A stretch of DNA of 64,000 nucleotides, taken from the NCBI RefSeq assembly GCF_006345805.1, contig NC_042998.1, forward strand, positions 108,438,001-108,502,000, read 5' to 3'. This document shows positions 1 through 12,077 of this stretch, in pieces. Source of the DNA: Octopus sinensis (taxonomy: Eukaryota). Position 1 is the stretch's first letter. Each line of letters begins with the position of its first letter. The notes beneath the pieces were generated by a model. That model had not been told where the DNA came from. It ran no database searches and saw only the letters and a program-made list of their open reading frames with translations. A program made the translations under genes and the position numbers.

Positions 1-179
1 TTATTATGGTTAATAATGAAATAATCTCATCAAACAGATGGCCTGGATTTCACATCCAAAGAACACTGCATTATACTTTTTCGTATTGGCTTACTATGTT
101 GTCAGCTAGCCGGGTCCGGTGGAGGTGCTCTCTATGATAACCACACGATTCTATGAATCCATATATTGCACTACAAATT

Positions 180-215
<36 letters not shown>

Positions 216-592
216 TGCCGTGTTATTAAAATTTAAACCTCACGTTAAATTTTCAGTATTTAGAACTGCCTCTATATACCTGTATATTGAAGGTGAATCT
301 GTGAAGATGCCTCATTTGGTCTCATTTTGCTGTAATAAACAGCTACGAATGACCAAGAGTACATATGTAAAGCAAAACAAACCAGGAGAGTTGTTTACAT
401 ATTTAGCTGCATCATCTTAGGCACGTATCATTATCAATGAATAGATATTGGTTATATAACACAATCGAGTGAATTATCAAGTCTTCTGAAATAACGTAAC
501 TTTCATTGGTAAACTTTTGTATTGATACAGGTCTAAATTGTGTATCACGCTGTATTGCAGGTCAGATGTTTGTTGATATTTTGAATATTACA

Positions 593-1961
593 CAGTGTAC
601 AAATGTGAAACTCGGTCCACTGAAAGATCCTAGGTAGGTACGTAGGCAGCGAACATTTCAATCGTATTGATGAGCTACATACCGAGTTATGTTGAGTTAT
701 GTATTTTTGAAGTGCTTTCAACTGTGTCAGGCTTTATTGCAGGTGTACGAATATGCCCCTGGAACGACGCCTGACAGCTACAGAGAAGACGCAGATTGTT
801 GCAGGTCTCACAGAAAGCTTATGTGTGGGAGAATTAGCCCAAGAGCTTGGTCGGGATACAAGAACATTGAAGGCGTATGTGAAAAACCCCATCACCAAAC
901 CAAGACAACATAAAGGTACGAGAAGTGTATCACAGCGTGACATCCGAAAAATAGGTAAACATATTTGAAAGTGTTGCTCCTTTGTCCAGAAGCACCCGGT
1001 GTAGGATCCTTAAAGAGACGGCCAGAAGTGTTAAGTGCATCACTAGACCCATCCTAAGCAAGAACCACAAAGAGAAGCGTATTGACTGGGCACGGAAGTA
1101 TATGAAGATCAATTTCAAAAGATGTCTTCTCCGCGGAAGAGGCCAGAGGTACTCTGGACGGCCCCGATGGATGGGCCAAAGTTTGGGTACGTCTTGGAGT
1201 TTTTCGCACGCATCACATTCGGCGTCAACAAGGAGGTAGTGGTGTCATGTTTTGGGCGGGTATCATAAGAAATGAACTAGTCTGGCCTTTCCGAGTGCCA
1301 GAAGGTGTAAAACTCACCAGCAACTCCTTCACCGCGTTTCTGGAGGAGAATTTTCATTGATTTTTATTCATGACAATGCTCCTTCACTTTCAGCCAAGGC
1401 TACAATTTCGTACCTCACAACTTTGGGAATCATAGGCCAATCACCCGTGACTTGGCTTCCCTCTTCTCCTGACCTAAACCCTATCGAACAGCTCTGGTCG
1501 ACCTTGAAGAGGTAAGTGTATGAAGGGGGTATCCAGTTTTCATCGAAGGATACACTGTGAGAAAAGATCAAAACAATTGCTGATATGATATTTTCTCAGA
1601 TTAGTCGGCTTACAGCTTCTGTGGACAAAAGACTGTTTGATGTCATTTCTAAACAAGGAAGTTACATAAACAAGTAAAGTACAGCACAAACAATTTAATT
1701 ATGTTTGTTTCATATCTTTTGCTGCTATTCTCCAGTAGCGTGTTTCGTTATTACAATAAAATGATAATATAACGATATTTTGTCATTACCTTAAATTGAC
1801 GTTTTAGTACACTTGCAATAAAGAGTGACACAGTTGAAAGCACCTCAAAATACATAACTCAACATAACTTTGTATGTAGCTTATCAATACGACTGAAATG
1901 TTCACTGAGTACGCACCTACTTAGGATCTTTCAGTGGACCAAGTTTCACGTTTGTACAATG
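593..1961 (+). mobile_element. Tc1/Tc3-type DNA transposon, complete but decayed, with about 156-bp terminal inverted repeats
   Basis: Left TIR 593-748 (CAGTGTACAAATGTGAAACTCGGTCCACTGAAAGATCCTAG...) is the reverse complement of 1807-1961 (...TTAGGATCTTTCAGTGGACCAAGTTTCACGTTTGTACAATG) with scattered mismatches. A transposase relic lies between them. Confidence 0.9.
753..1677 (+). pseudogene. Tc1-like transposase pseudogene (frameshifts and stops)
   Basis: ORF pieces 753-968 (HTH: ELAQELGRDTRTLKAYVKNP) and 982-1239 (RPILSKNHKEKRIDWARKYM). Downstream frames give GGSGVMFWAGI, FIHDNAP and WLPSSPDLNPIEQLW, ending KQGSYINK-stop at 1675-1677. Confidence 0.88.
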
Positions 1962-2022
1962 TTTATTATTAAAAATATCAAAAACAAATTTGACCGGCAA
2001 TAAAGCGTGATACACAGTTTAC

Positions 2023-2812
2023 GTATGTATGTATGTATGTATGTATGTATGTACGTTTGTTTGTATGTATGTATGTATGTATGTATGTATGTATGTATGT
2101 CATTATTCAGGTTTATTTTGAGATTTCTTGCCAATAGAAAAAGATACTGTTTCTAACCTAGATTCAAGGCTCCTTCATTGGAATTTTAAGAACATCAGCA
2201 GGGTATGTATGCATGCATGTATGTATGTATGTATGATTGTATGTATGCATGCATGCATGTCTGTATGTATGTACGTATGTATGTATGTATGTATGTATGT
2301 ATGTATGTATGTATGTATGTATGTATATATGCATGTATATGTGCAGACCCGTATGTTTTGTTTGATGTATGCATTTTCATGCATACAGTTGTATATCTAG
2401 ACATCCTCATAGATACTGAAGGCTTGGATATGTAGTCTTTGAATCAGTTTTCTGCTTTCTAGATTTAAGAAGCCTAATTTCTCAAGATTGGTATTTAGTA
2501 AGTACCCCAATAATTACAAATATAAACCTGAATCTTTAATCTGGATAGAGTAACTGCGAATTTCTCAATAGTTCAGCGTAGGTATTTTTTCTTTCCCTGA
2601 TCAGTAGCTTTACTAGGAGCGGCTATGGCTTCCACCTTACTGTGGGTTTTTCACAGATGATTGCTGTCTCTGTACTTCTTTGTTGTCAATGATATTTATT
2701 ACTTTCCCTCCATGATCTCTCAGATGACTATTCTGTCCTCTTGCAAATCTGTATGGTTTGAAGCATAGGTGACAGATAGAACATGTCACCACTATTCCAG
2801 TGCCGTAGGACT
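2023..2812 (-). mobile_element. 5'-truncated R4-like (RLE) LINE, (CATA)n-associated family delta, copy 1
   Basis: Minus strand of 2400-2810 matches the ORF C-terminus at 43087-43302 (LLYPDYRFRFIFVII...LEKLGF). It is followed by 3' UTR, internal (CATA)n at 2204-2340, a 100-bp tip at 2101-2203 and a terminal (CATA)n at 2023-2100. Confidence 0.78.
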
Positions 2813-3463
2813 TTTAGTTGATGGAATGAGAAATGAGGTTACCATAAAGAGACACCTGTATGTCATTGGATTATAAGGATTAAAACGTGTACCACTTTCT
2901 GAGCCTTCTTGATTAATACCTGGTGACAAGTCTAAGTGAGATGACTAGTAATCATGTGAAACAACAGGTTTTACATCAGCATCCTAGAAAGATGCTGTAA
3001 AAAAAGCTGCGGGTCCCTCACGCACAGTGGTTTTGTTTCTCACTCTGACACCAAGGAAGCGTAATTCTACGTCCCTGGTATCAGATGAATTTTAATTGCA
3101 TGTGCTACTTAACCCATAGCTGGGACCCTGACCAGTGCTACTGCTCCGGGTCAAACTAGACGTGGGAAGAATAACAGTTAAGGGGTAGTATCACTCCTTA
3201 AAACCCTGGAACATGCATACATACAGACATACACAGACGCAACCGCTTGCACATGCACACACATCCATGTGTTCGTGAGCTTGTGTATATATGTGTGTCT
3301 GTGTGTACAGCTACTTATGTGGGTGTTTATATATATACGCATTACAAGCGTGCATATGAATGCACACATATCTACACGCAAGCACACTTACGCACTATGT
3401 GTGCCTTTGTGCGTGCATGTGTATCAGGAAATCTAGAACGAAAAAACATGAATAGTTAGTTAA

Positions 3464-3498
<35 letters not shown>

Positions 3499-5479
3499 GA
3501 AAGAGAGAGAGAGAGAAAACCTAAATAGTAAAAGTAATTGTGAGATACTGAGCTATGCCTTCGCACAAGTGTGTGTATATTTTAAAATTTATCGACTTGT
3601 CAGCGTTGAGCTTGGTCGTCTGTGTCTGTTTGCGTTATTAAGATGTATTTTCATTCTCATTCATTTCACTGTCGACAGAAAATCGAAATAAAATCTTCCT
3701 CGGCTGTCTGGGATTAAATCAGTTCTCTAACCTTTCAAGATACATACTTCCAACACTTGATGTGTTAGGAGTATGATACGACAGATCAGACATCAATATT
3801 TGTCACTTGATCTACATCAGTACATTGATAGACGTGATAGTAAAATACCCGATTTATATGCTTTATCTTTCACCGTCCTTCCGAGCATCGTTAAATTAAG
3901 TATTAGTTGTTGATTAGAAGTTTGTCGCCCTTAATTGTCCTCTAATTTTTTTTCTTTTAAAGATGATTCTGTGTGATTAGATTTAGCTGCTTTTCTAGAT
4001 GAATGATCGGCCAAGTATAACTCCCCTCGAATACATACAAATTTCATACAAAGTTCAATTCCATATGTCTGACTTAGTTCTAAAGTTAAAATTCATTGTT
4101 CAGTGAATATAATCGTAGTTTCAGCTGTAAGGAGGTCGGTAAGCTTCCAGAAAGTTGACATAAGATGCGGTTTCAAGTGATATCACTACCGTTGATATAA
4201 CTCCACCTCCAATGTAAAATACAGAACTTTTGAGCCTAATCAAGAATGAAACAGAGGTGTTTGTGTTAATATTGTAGCAAACAGGCTCGAAGTTATGGCT
4301 GAGAGTATATTATTAACACGTCGAATCCGTCACTGAAGTTTTATTCCAAACTGACACCATTTATTCTCTTAGATCCCCGGATTACAGCGGTTTAGCTAAT
4401 GTCCATGCTTTTGTTGTTTAGCTGATGTAAGTTTTGATTGAGCAAGCCTATAAGTAAATGCGTTCCTATTGTAAACTTCCTGACTTAATTTTGGATACAG
4501 TTGGTTGCATTTGTGGGTGATTTCGTAGTTATTTCTAGCAGTTCGAGCAACTACGTATAGACTCTATTGTTAACATGACATTTTGTTGTATGACTCCCAG
4601 GTCAAATCTGAGCGACCATTCTTATGATTAAAAGTATTGTAGCCATGAATATTTCGTCCTTTTAGGGCATGTTGGATTAAATTCCCTAAAATATTCTTAT
4701 TTTAAGACGTTGACTGCTATTTCTTGCAGGCCAAGTGGCAGCATACAGATTCACTCGTTAGCCACTCTGGAGAAATGAAAAGTAAAGTAAAGCTTGCAAG
4801 GATTTTTAACTCAGAACATAAGTAAATTGCGCATTGTTTACAGTTCAGTACATTTATTATTTCTACATAACATTAACTGACAATTTAATTTGTATTTTTA
4901 GGGCCAGAACCAATATAAGAAGTTGCTTGTTATTTACTGAGTATATGATATTTAAAGAAAATTATATTATTCTATTATTATTTTATAATAATTTTGTAAT
5001 AATATCATCTACGAAATGATCTGTATAAGTATAAATATTAGAAATCGTTATTAGCTATCCAAAATTGTAGTGGATTGTCAGAAACAAAACGTTTTGTGGT
5101 ATTTAGTTAGGGCTCTTTAGGTTCTCCATCAAAACTTTACCGAAGTCAATCATATTATTCATAGTTCAGGCTTGATAAAAGTACTAGTCAAATAATGTGA
5201 TCCGTTTAATTGACTAACAACGTAAATTTCTAATCTTGTGCCTACGAAAAAAAATTTTATTAGATAGCGAATTATTAGATTTCGTCCTATACCTGCTGGC
5301 TAAAAATCAACAATCAGTAACAATTCGTTGAAGTATATTTTTATTTATATTTGGTAGTTTACAAAGAATTATACAACTGCTATCTGTTGACGTTCTTGTT
5401 AATAGCCTTGAAAAAATTTGTTTCTCTTCTTCCCCGACACACACATGTACACACACACGCTGCGCACGCACATACACAC

Positions 5480-5531
5480 GTATATATATGTATATATATG
5501 TATATATATGCATGTATATGTATATATATGT

Positions 5532-5564
<33 letters not shown>

Positions 5565-5567
5565 CAT

Positions 5568-5654
<87 letters not shown>

Positions 5655-5715
5655 CGTGCGTGTGTGTATATATATATGTATGTATATGTATGTGTGTGTG
5701 TATGTGTGTGTACAT
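5480..5715. repeat. Compound (TA)n/(TG)n microsatellite
   Basis: Read directly. It produces the spurious YI/CV-repeat ORFs in the track. Confidence 0.95.
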
Positions 5716-5970
5716 ATAAATCCGCGTATCAATAATTGAAAATTTATCTTATTTTTCGAGATCACGCAGGTAGCGGTTGAGTGACAAGGCAAATGGAAAG
5801 GAAGTAAATGATAGCTGGGGTCGTTAAATGTAAAGTGAAAGAATTGGAGACGTTAAAAGGAAAAAGAAAGAATCGCAATAGAATGTAACTAGAAGAATTT
5901 TATTTCTTCGAATCTGGAAGTAATATTCGTTGTCATAATTTCATTTCACTGGAGAAGAAAATATCAATAC

Positions 5971-6180
5971 ATGATATTGGTTTGAAATTTTGGCACAAGG
6001 CCAGCAATTTTAGGGGTGGTTTAAGTCGATTGCATTGACTCCAATGGTATCGATTTTATCGACCTCGAAAGGGATGAATCACCAAGTTGACTTGAGCGGA
6101 ATTTGAGCTTAGAACGTAAAGTCGGACGAAATGCCGGAAACAATTTTCCCGAGGTGTTAACAATCCTCCAAGCACGTAAC
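5971..6180 (-). mobile_element. tRNA-derived SINE family 1, decayed copy
   Basis: Shares TGGTTTGAAATTTTGGCACAAGGCCAGCAATT, AGTCGATT and CGGAATTTGAGCTTAGAACGTAAAG blocks with 6195-6428 and 28238-28445. Confidence 0.75.
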
Positions 6181-6194
6181 CTTGTATTTAGAGA

Positions 6195-6428
6195 TAATAT
6201 TGGTTTCAAATTTTGGTACAAGACCAGCAATTCCGGCGTGGGGGAAGGGGAGTAAGACGATTATATCGACTCCAGTGTTCAACTGGCGCTTATTTGGATG
6301 AAACTGGTACTTATTTGGATGAAAGGCAAAGTCGACTTCTGGGGAATTTGGACTTAGAAAGTAAAGACGGACGAAATACCGCTAAGCATTTACCCCGGCC
6401 TGCTAATGATTCTACCATCTCGCCGTCT
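6195..6428 (-). mobile_element. tRNA-derived SINE family 1, full-length copy
   Basis: Reverse complement starts GACGGCGAGATGGTAGAATCATTAGCAGGCCG (A-box-like) and has a B-box-like TAAGTCCAAATTCC. Same layout as 28238-28445. Confidence 0.8.
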
Positions 6429-6589
6429 TGCATTTACTACTAATATTTAACATGAATATCTAATGTATTTATTTTCTTTCAAATTTCCTTTACAAGTAAA
6501 TTATTCGGACTTACAAATTAATCAGGTACCATTGAGACCAAACTTATTGCCCCTCTCTTTCACTTGCATACAGACTTCGGGTAAAGGTG

Positions 6590-6866
6590 AACCGGCTCAC
6601 CATTACCATCTCTCGGGCTTGCTTAATCTTCTCGTCAGTGGTGGAGGTTGATGGGTGTCCTGCTCCCTCTTTGTGCGTCATGCTTGTGTGGCCACTTATA
6701 AACTTCTCGATCCACTCATACATACTTCTACGCAGTAGTGTACTGTTCCTGTATTATGCTAAAAGCCTCCGATGAATTACATCACCTGACACACCTTTGG
6801 ACCAGAGAAATCGGATCACTGCTCTTTGTTCTTCTTTGGTAAACATTGCTAATGGATCTGTCATGC
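6590..6866 (-). mobile_element. Mariner transposase N-terminal fragment
   Basis: Minus strand from ATG at 6864 reads MTDPLAMFTKEEQRAVIRFLWSKGVSGDVIHRRLLA*YRNSTLLRRSMYEWIEKFISGHTSMTHKEGAGHPSTSTTDEKI, a mariner HTH region. Confidence 0.8.
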
Positions 6867-6867
6867 T

Positions 6868-7900
6868 TACACTGTTATCTGGTGTATCACAGGGATCTTT
6901 TGTTGGTCCGCTTTTGTTTGTTGCATACATTAATGACATAGATGCCAACTTAAATGAAGCCACAGTGCTGAAATATGCAGATGACATTAAGCTGTACCTT
7001 GAGATAAAAAGAACAGATCCTGAACAATATATATCTTTCCTGTAATCGGGTCTGGACATATTGGATCACGGACTGGCAACTCAAACTGGCTGTGGACAAG
7101 TGTACCACCATGCACTTTGGAGCGTTCACCTACTCCCTCCACAACATTAATATCAAGAAGTCTTCTTGTGAACGTGACCTGGGAATTACTGTCAGCAAGC
7201 AATTTGCACTAGACAAAACACATCCCTAAACTTGTCATGAAGGCCGAGGGTGTCTTGGCATCAATCAGCAAGACCTGTGTCAGCTGCTCTCCAGCTAAGG
7301 CTGTATATGGCTATGGTGTGACCACACTTGAGATTTGCATTACCATTCTGGAATCCCTATCTTGCTCAGAACATTGACCTCCTGGAGACTGTTCAGAGAC
7401 GTGTAACCAAGCGAATACCTTCTATCAGGCATCTACCATACTCTGAATGCCTTGCTTCCCTGGGCATGGATACATTGAAGCTCCAACGTCTGGTAACTGT
7501 CTTGGTAAACACCCACAAAATTATTAACCATCATACCAACAAGAACCTTGAGCACCTTTTTGAAATCCATGTGTCTAACACACGTGGGCATGACTACAAA
7601 GTCAGAAGACAGCACAGATACCATGACTTTCGAAAACGTTTGTTCACACTCAGAGTTGCTGAGGGACGAAACAAACTATCTGCATCAGTTATTGGCTTTT
7701 GAGACATTGTATCCTTTAAAACCTCCATGCTTCCGGGAATTCGCAAAAAATACACCTGATATCCTCCACTCCATACGCATGGGCACATGTATATCATGAC
7801 TCATACACTGTTCGCTTTCCTGACATTTGTACATAATTTTATGTACTATACATTCACCTTTGACAAGTTGTAGGGCACCTGAGCATTATACACAATTATT

Positions 7901-7902
<2 letters not shown>
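6868..7902 (+). mobile_element. 5'-truncated CR1-clade LINE ending in an (ATT)n tail
   Basis: RT motifs SGVSQGSFVGPLLFVAYIND and KYADDIKLY (ORF 6797-7045), and C-terminal FWNPYLAQNIDLLETVQRRVTKRIP...NTRGHDYK (ORF 7328-7702). The 3' UTR runs into (ATT)n at 7903. Confidence 0.85.

Positions 7903-7950
<48 letters not shown>
7903..7950. repeat. (ATT)n tract shared by the CR1 tail and the Dong-like 3' junction
   Basis: Read directly. Confidence 0.95.
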
Positions 7951-7953
<3 letters not shown>

Positions 7954-10900
7954 AAGTTTTATTTTTATAGCGTGCTTTCACTTCACTACCGAACGCAGCT
8001 CTGTGTGCCTTGGGTATGTGCTGTGATTTGTTGTGATGCTCTGATGGTTATTGTATGGAAAGTGTTCTGCGTAGGATGTGTGCAGTGCCTAGTAGTGCAA
8101 TTTTCTGTATGTTATATGTGTTTGTAAGTCCTGGTGTTTTTGTTATGTATTTGTCTGAATATTTTTTTATCATGCCTAATGCACCTACTATGATAGGAAT
8201 TGTTTCTGTTTTCAGGTTCCACATTCTAGTTACCTCTATTTCCAGGTCTTTGTATTTTGAGAGTTTCTCCATTTCTTTTAGAGACACGTTGTCATCTGCC
8301 GGTATTGATACATCAATTAGAAAGCATTTTTTTCTTCATGATCTCTGACAACTATATCTGGTCTGTTGGCCTTAATTTCTCTATCTGTGTGTATCGGCAT
8401 ACCCCAGAATATGGTTGCTTTCTCGTTTTCTGTGACCTTTTCTGGTGTGTGTCTATACCATCTTTTTTCTGTTGTTATTCCATAATGTTGGCATAGCTTC
8501 CAATGTATGTAGGTTCCAACTCTGTCATGTCTGTGAATATATTCCTTCTTAGCCAGGACTGGGCAGCTAGAGATAATATGATTTATTATTTCTTGTCCAT
8601 CTCCACATATTCTGCAGTTACTTGTAATATTTCTTTTCATTACATGTTTTTGGTAATTTCTGGTGGGGAGGCTTTGGTCTTGTGCTGCAATTAAAAATCC
8701 CTCTGTTTCTGCTTTGAGTCCTGAGCTTCTCAACCATTGCTGGGATTTTTCTTTGTCTATTTCTTTTGCGTTTAGTTTAGTCCAGTATTTACCATGAAGG
8801 GGCTTTTCTTGCCATCGTTTTATCATGGTTCGTTGCTGTTCTATTTTTAGTTTGGATTTCATTTTTTTTATAGCTTTTGTTGTTTCTTCATCTTCTTCTT
8901 CTTCTTCATGTTTATTAGGTGGTATGATTTCTTGTTTGTATTTGTCAGCTTCCTTAAATACTGAGAACAGTTTTTTGTTTTGCTCGTGTTTTGCTGCTAT
9001 CTGGATCAGTTTTCCTTCCTTCTGAAGTAGGTATTTTTGCAGTCCTATGGTGGTTATTTTATAGTAGTTTTCCAGCTGTATAAGGCCTCTACCACCTTCT
9101 ATACGTTGTATATATAGAGTTTCTATGACAGATTTTGGGTGATGCATCCTAGATCCTGTCAGTATTTTTCTTGTTTTCCTATCTATTTTGGATAGTTCAT
9201 TTCGTGTCCAGTTAAGGATATTGTAGATGTAACTTATAACTGGGACAGCTAAAGTGTTGATACCTATTATCTTGTTTTTAGCATTGAGCTCTGTTTTTAG
9301 TATTGATCTAACTCGTCTATAATATTCTTTTTTTATTTTCTCTTTCATTTGTGTGTGTTGTGTCTTATCTAGTTCATGGATTCCTAAGTATTTGTAAGTT
9401 TGGCTTTGCTCTAATTCTTTTATTTCATTGGTTTTATCTAGTGTGATGTTGTTACTCTTAACTAGTTTTCCTCTTTTCATGGTTACTTTGGCGCATTTTT
9501 CTAATCCAAATTTCATATCTATTTCTTTGGTAAATCCATGAACTGTCTTTAATAGTGTTTCCAGCTGTTTGTCATTTGCAGCGTATAGTTTTAGGTCATC
9601 CATATATAAAAGGTGGCTGATCGTTTTGCCGTAACATTTATATCCGCATCCAGTTCTATTTAGCATATCAGATAGAGGTGACTGTGCCAAGCAGAAAAGG
9701 AGTGGAGAGAGCGTGTCTCCCTGGAATATTCCTCTTCTAATGGGGATGTCTTTGGTTTTCATGAGTCCCTCTTTTGTTTGGAGGTGTAGGACTGTTTGCC
9801 ATTTATTCATAGAGTGCTCTATAAATTTTATGATTGTTGGTGCTACTTTGTTAATGGCTAGTGTTTCGAGGATCCATGTGTGGGGGATGCTATCAAACGC
9901 CTTTTTGTAGTCAATCCAGGCCATACTGAGGCCTTTCTTCTTTCTGTGGCTGTCTTCAGTTACGGCTTTATTAATCATTAGTTGATCTTTACAGCCATAT
10001 AAGCCTTTGCGGCATCCTTTCTGCTCTTCTGGGAACAGTTTGTTTTCGTCCAGGTGCTTGTTCAGCCTTTGCGATATCACTGCAGTAAATGCCTTGAACA
10101 TAGTAGGGAGGCAGGTTATTGGTCTGTAGTTTTCTGGTTTTGTTGTTTCATTTGATTTGGGAATTAAGATGGTTTTCCCCTTCGTGAGCCATTCAGGCAT
10201 TGTCTCTGGCTCTGGTAGTACTTTGTTAAAGTTTTCAGCCAGCTTTTTGTGCATTCCTGTTAGATATTTCAACCAGAAGTTGGGGATCTTGTCATGCCCA
10301 GGTGCCTTCCAGTTGCTTAGTTTTTGCAGTGCCTGGGTGACCTCTTCAGTTGTTATGGGGGTCCAAAGTTGTTCAGATGCCGAGTTTGTTATTTTCATAC
10401 TCCTTTTTTTTGGCTGTTCGTTCGCCGACCATATTTCTTTCCAGAATTCTTCCAATTCTTCTGCCGTTGGTGTTGCAGTGACTTCTATTTTATTTTTGCC
10501 CAGTTCTTGGTAGAACTTTTTGGGGTCGGAGTTGAACTTTTTGTTCTGTTCAAAGAAGCGTTGGCGTTTCTCGTACCGGCGGATCCTTTGAGCTTTGGCA
10601 AGGATATCTTGCTTTAGCTTTTCTTTTATCTCCGGTAAATCTTTTTCTGTGATGTTATATTTGCGGAGCATTTTTGTTCTCTTTTTGTTGCTCAGTAACG
10701 TTGCTTGTTTGCTGATTTCATTAAGAATCGACAGGTCTTTTCTAATTTTTTAAATTTTGTTTTGGATGTTATTTATCCAAACAAACAGGGTTTGTTTGGG
10801 TGGTGGTACTCCTGTTTGGGCGGGTTTGGGTGAGTATCCAGCTTCTTTTGTGGCTGCAGTGGCTGCTGCGTATATCAAGTCATTTAGTTCAGTGATATCA

Positions 10901-11940
10901 CTTTTTTTTGTTTCAGTAGCTAGTTCAGTGACGGCTAGGTTTATGTTGTTTATAATTGGTGTTGTTATTGCGTTTATTTTTATTCTTGGGAGGTATGGTC
11001 GGTATTCCATTTTGAGTTCTGTAGTTTTTAGTTCTTTATTATTTTATTTTTTATATTATCATAATCATTAGGCTCCCCTTCGTTGTTTACATCGTGTTTG
11101 TTGGGAATGTTGCGTTTGTCTTCGTGTTTTACAGTTTCAGTGTTTATATTATTGGGCATTGTTGTGTGGCTTCTATCTACATTTTCCTGGTGTATTTTTT
11201 CTTTTAAATGTTCTATTTCTATTTCTGATATTGTTTTGGCTTTGAGAATGTATCTTCGTACGTTAGCTAATTTATTAGGGTTCATTGCTGTATCCAAGTC
11301 TAAATCTCTATTATTTTCCTTCCATATTTTATATGTATGTGTTGTTGTATTTTCATTTTGTGGTAGAGCATTGCTGTGAAGTATGCGTGTAAGATAGAAA
11401 TGTATTCCTCACGTGTCCATTTACGTCTTTTGGGTTTTAATTGCGGGACATGAGGTACAACGTCCGGCCCATTATTTTGACGGTCGTCATTTTCGTAGAG
11501 TACCGGTCCGTTTATTTCTGTTGTCACATTATTTCGCACGTGTAGTTTTTCGTACATTTTTTGTTGTAGGTTTAATGTACGTACCGCTCGATGGTTATTC
11601 TTGGGTTGAATAGTATCGGTGGCATTTAATTTCTTCGTAGTTCCTTTGTACATGGTGTTTGAGGTCGGGGATGATCGTGTTGTTCCACGCATGTTTACAT
11701 GTGTTGTGTTAGAGGTGGAGATAATATCGAGTCAAAATACATCATTTGTTTCGAAAATAGTAATAAATTTCAATTCGTATTACTTACTCGGATATAGTCC
11801 AATTCTTTGTTAGTAAATCTTTGGCTCCATAGGGTGTCCTTGTTTTCGATGTTTGTGGATAGGTTTTGGAGCTCTGTATTTTCCTTCTTACATCTTAAAC
11901 GTCCCCGGTGTCTTCCATCTTAAACGTCCCCGGTGTCTTG
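7951..11940 (-). mobile_element. Near full-length R4/Dong-clade non-LTR retrotransposon (subfamily alpha, copy 1) inserted in (TAA)n
   Basis: Single-ORF layout: N-terminal RRKWTREEYISILHAYF, RT, CCHC and RLE. Flanked on both sides by (ATT)n at 7903-7950 and 11941-12077. Confidence 0.92.
8048..11692 (-). pseudogene. RT-RLE polyprotein of alpha-1, broken by a few frameshifts (longest piece 8317-10671, 784 aa)
   Basis: KAPGHDKIPNFWLK, NYRPITCLPTMFK, AWIDYKKAFDSIPH, RGIFQGDTLSPLLF, HLLYMDDLKLY and YKYLG (RT). CRICGDGQEIINHIISSC (CCHC). NRPDIVVRD...IDVSIP...EKLSKYKDL (PD-(D/E)xK). The frameshift near 8325 is a 1-nt deletion relative to the sister copy near 25630. Confidence 0.92.
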
Positions 11941-11949
11941 TTATTATTA

Positions 11950-11985
<36 letters not shown>

Positions 11986-11999
11986 TATTATTATTATTA

Positions 12000-12057
<58 letters not shown>

Positions 12058-12077
12058 TTATCATTATTATTATTATT
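11941..12077. repeat. (ATT)n spacer between stacked Dong-like elements
   Basis: Read directly. Confidence 0.95.

Noticed and set aside
5307-5792. Many ORFs rich in YI, HT, CV or MYVC repeats here and at 2.1, 32, 37.8-40, 46.5, 49-54 and 61.7 kb
   Set aside because: They are translations of (TA)n, (CA)n and (CATA)n microsatellites, which lack stops in some frames.
8055-10617. Plus-strand ORFs over the Dong-like elements, and minus-strand ORFs over the CR1 at 35400-37162
   Set aside because: Antisense shadows of RT coding sequence.
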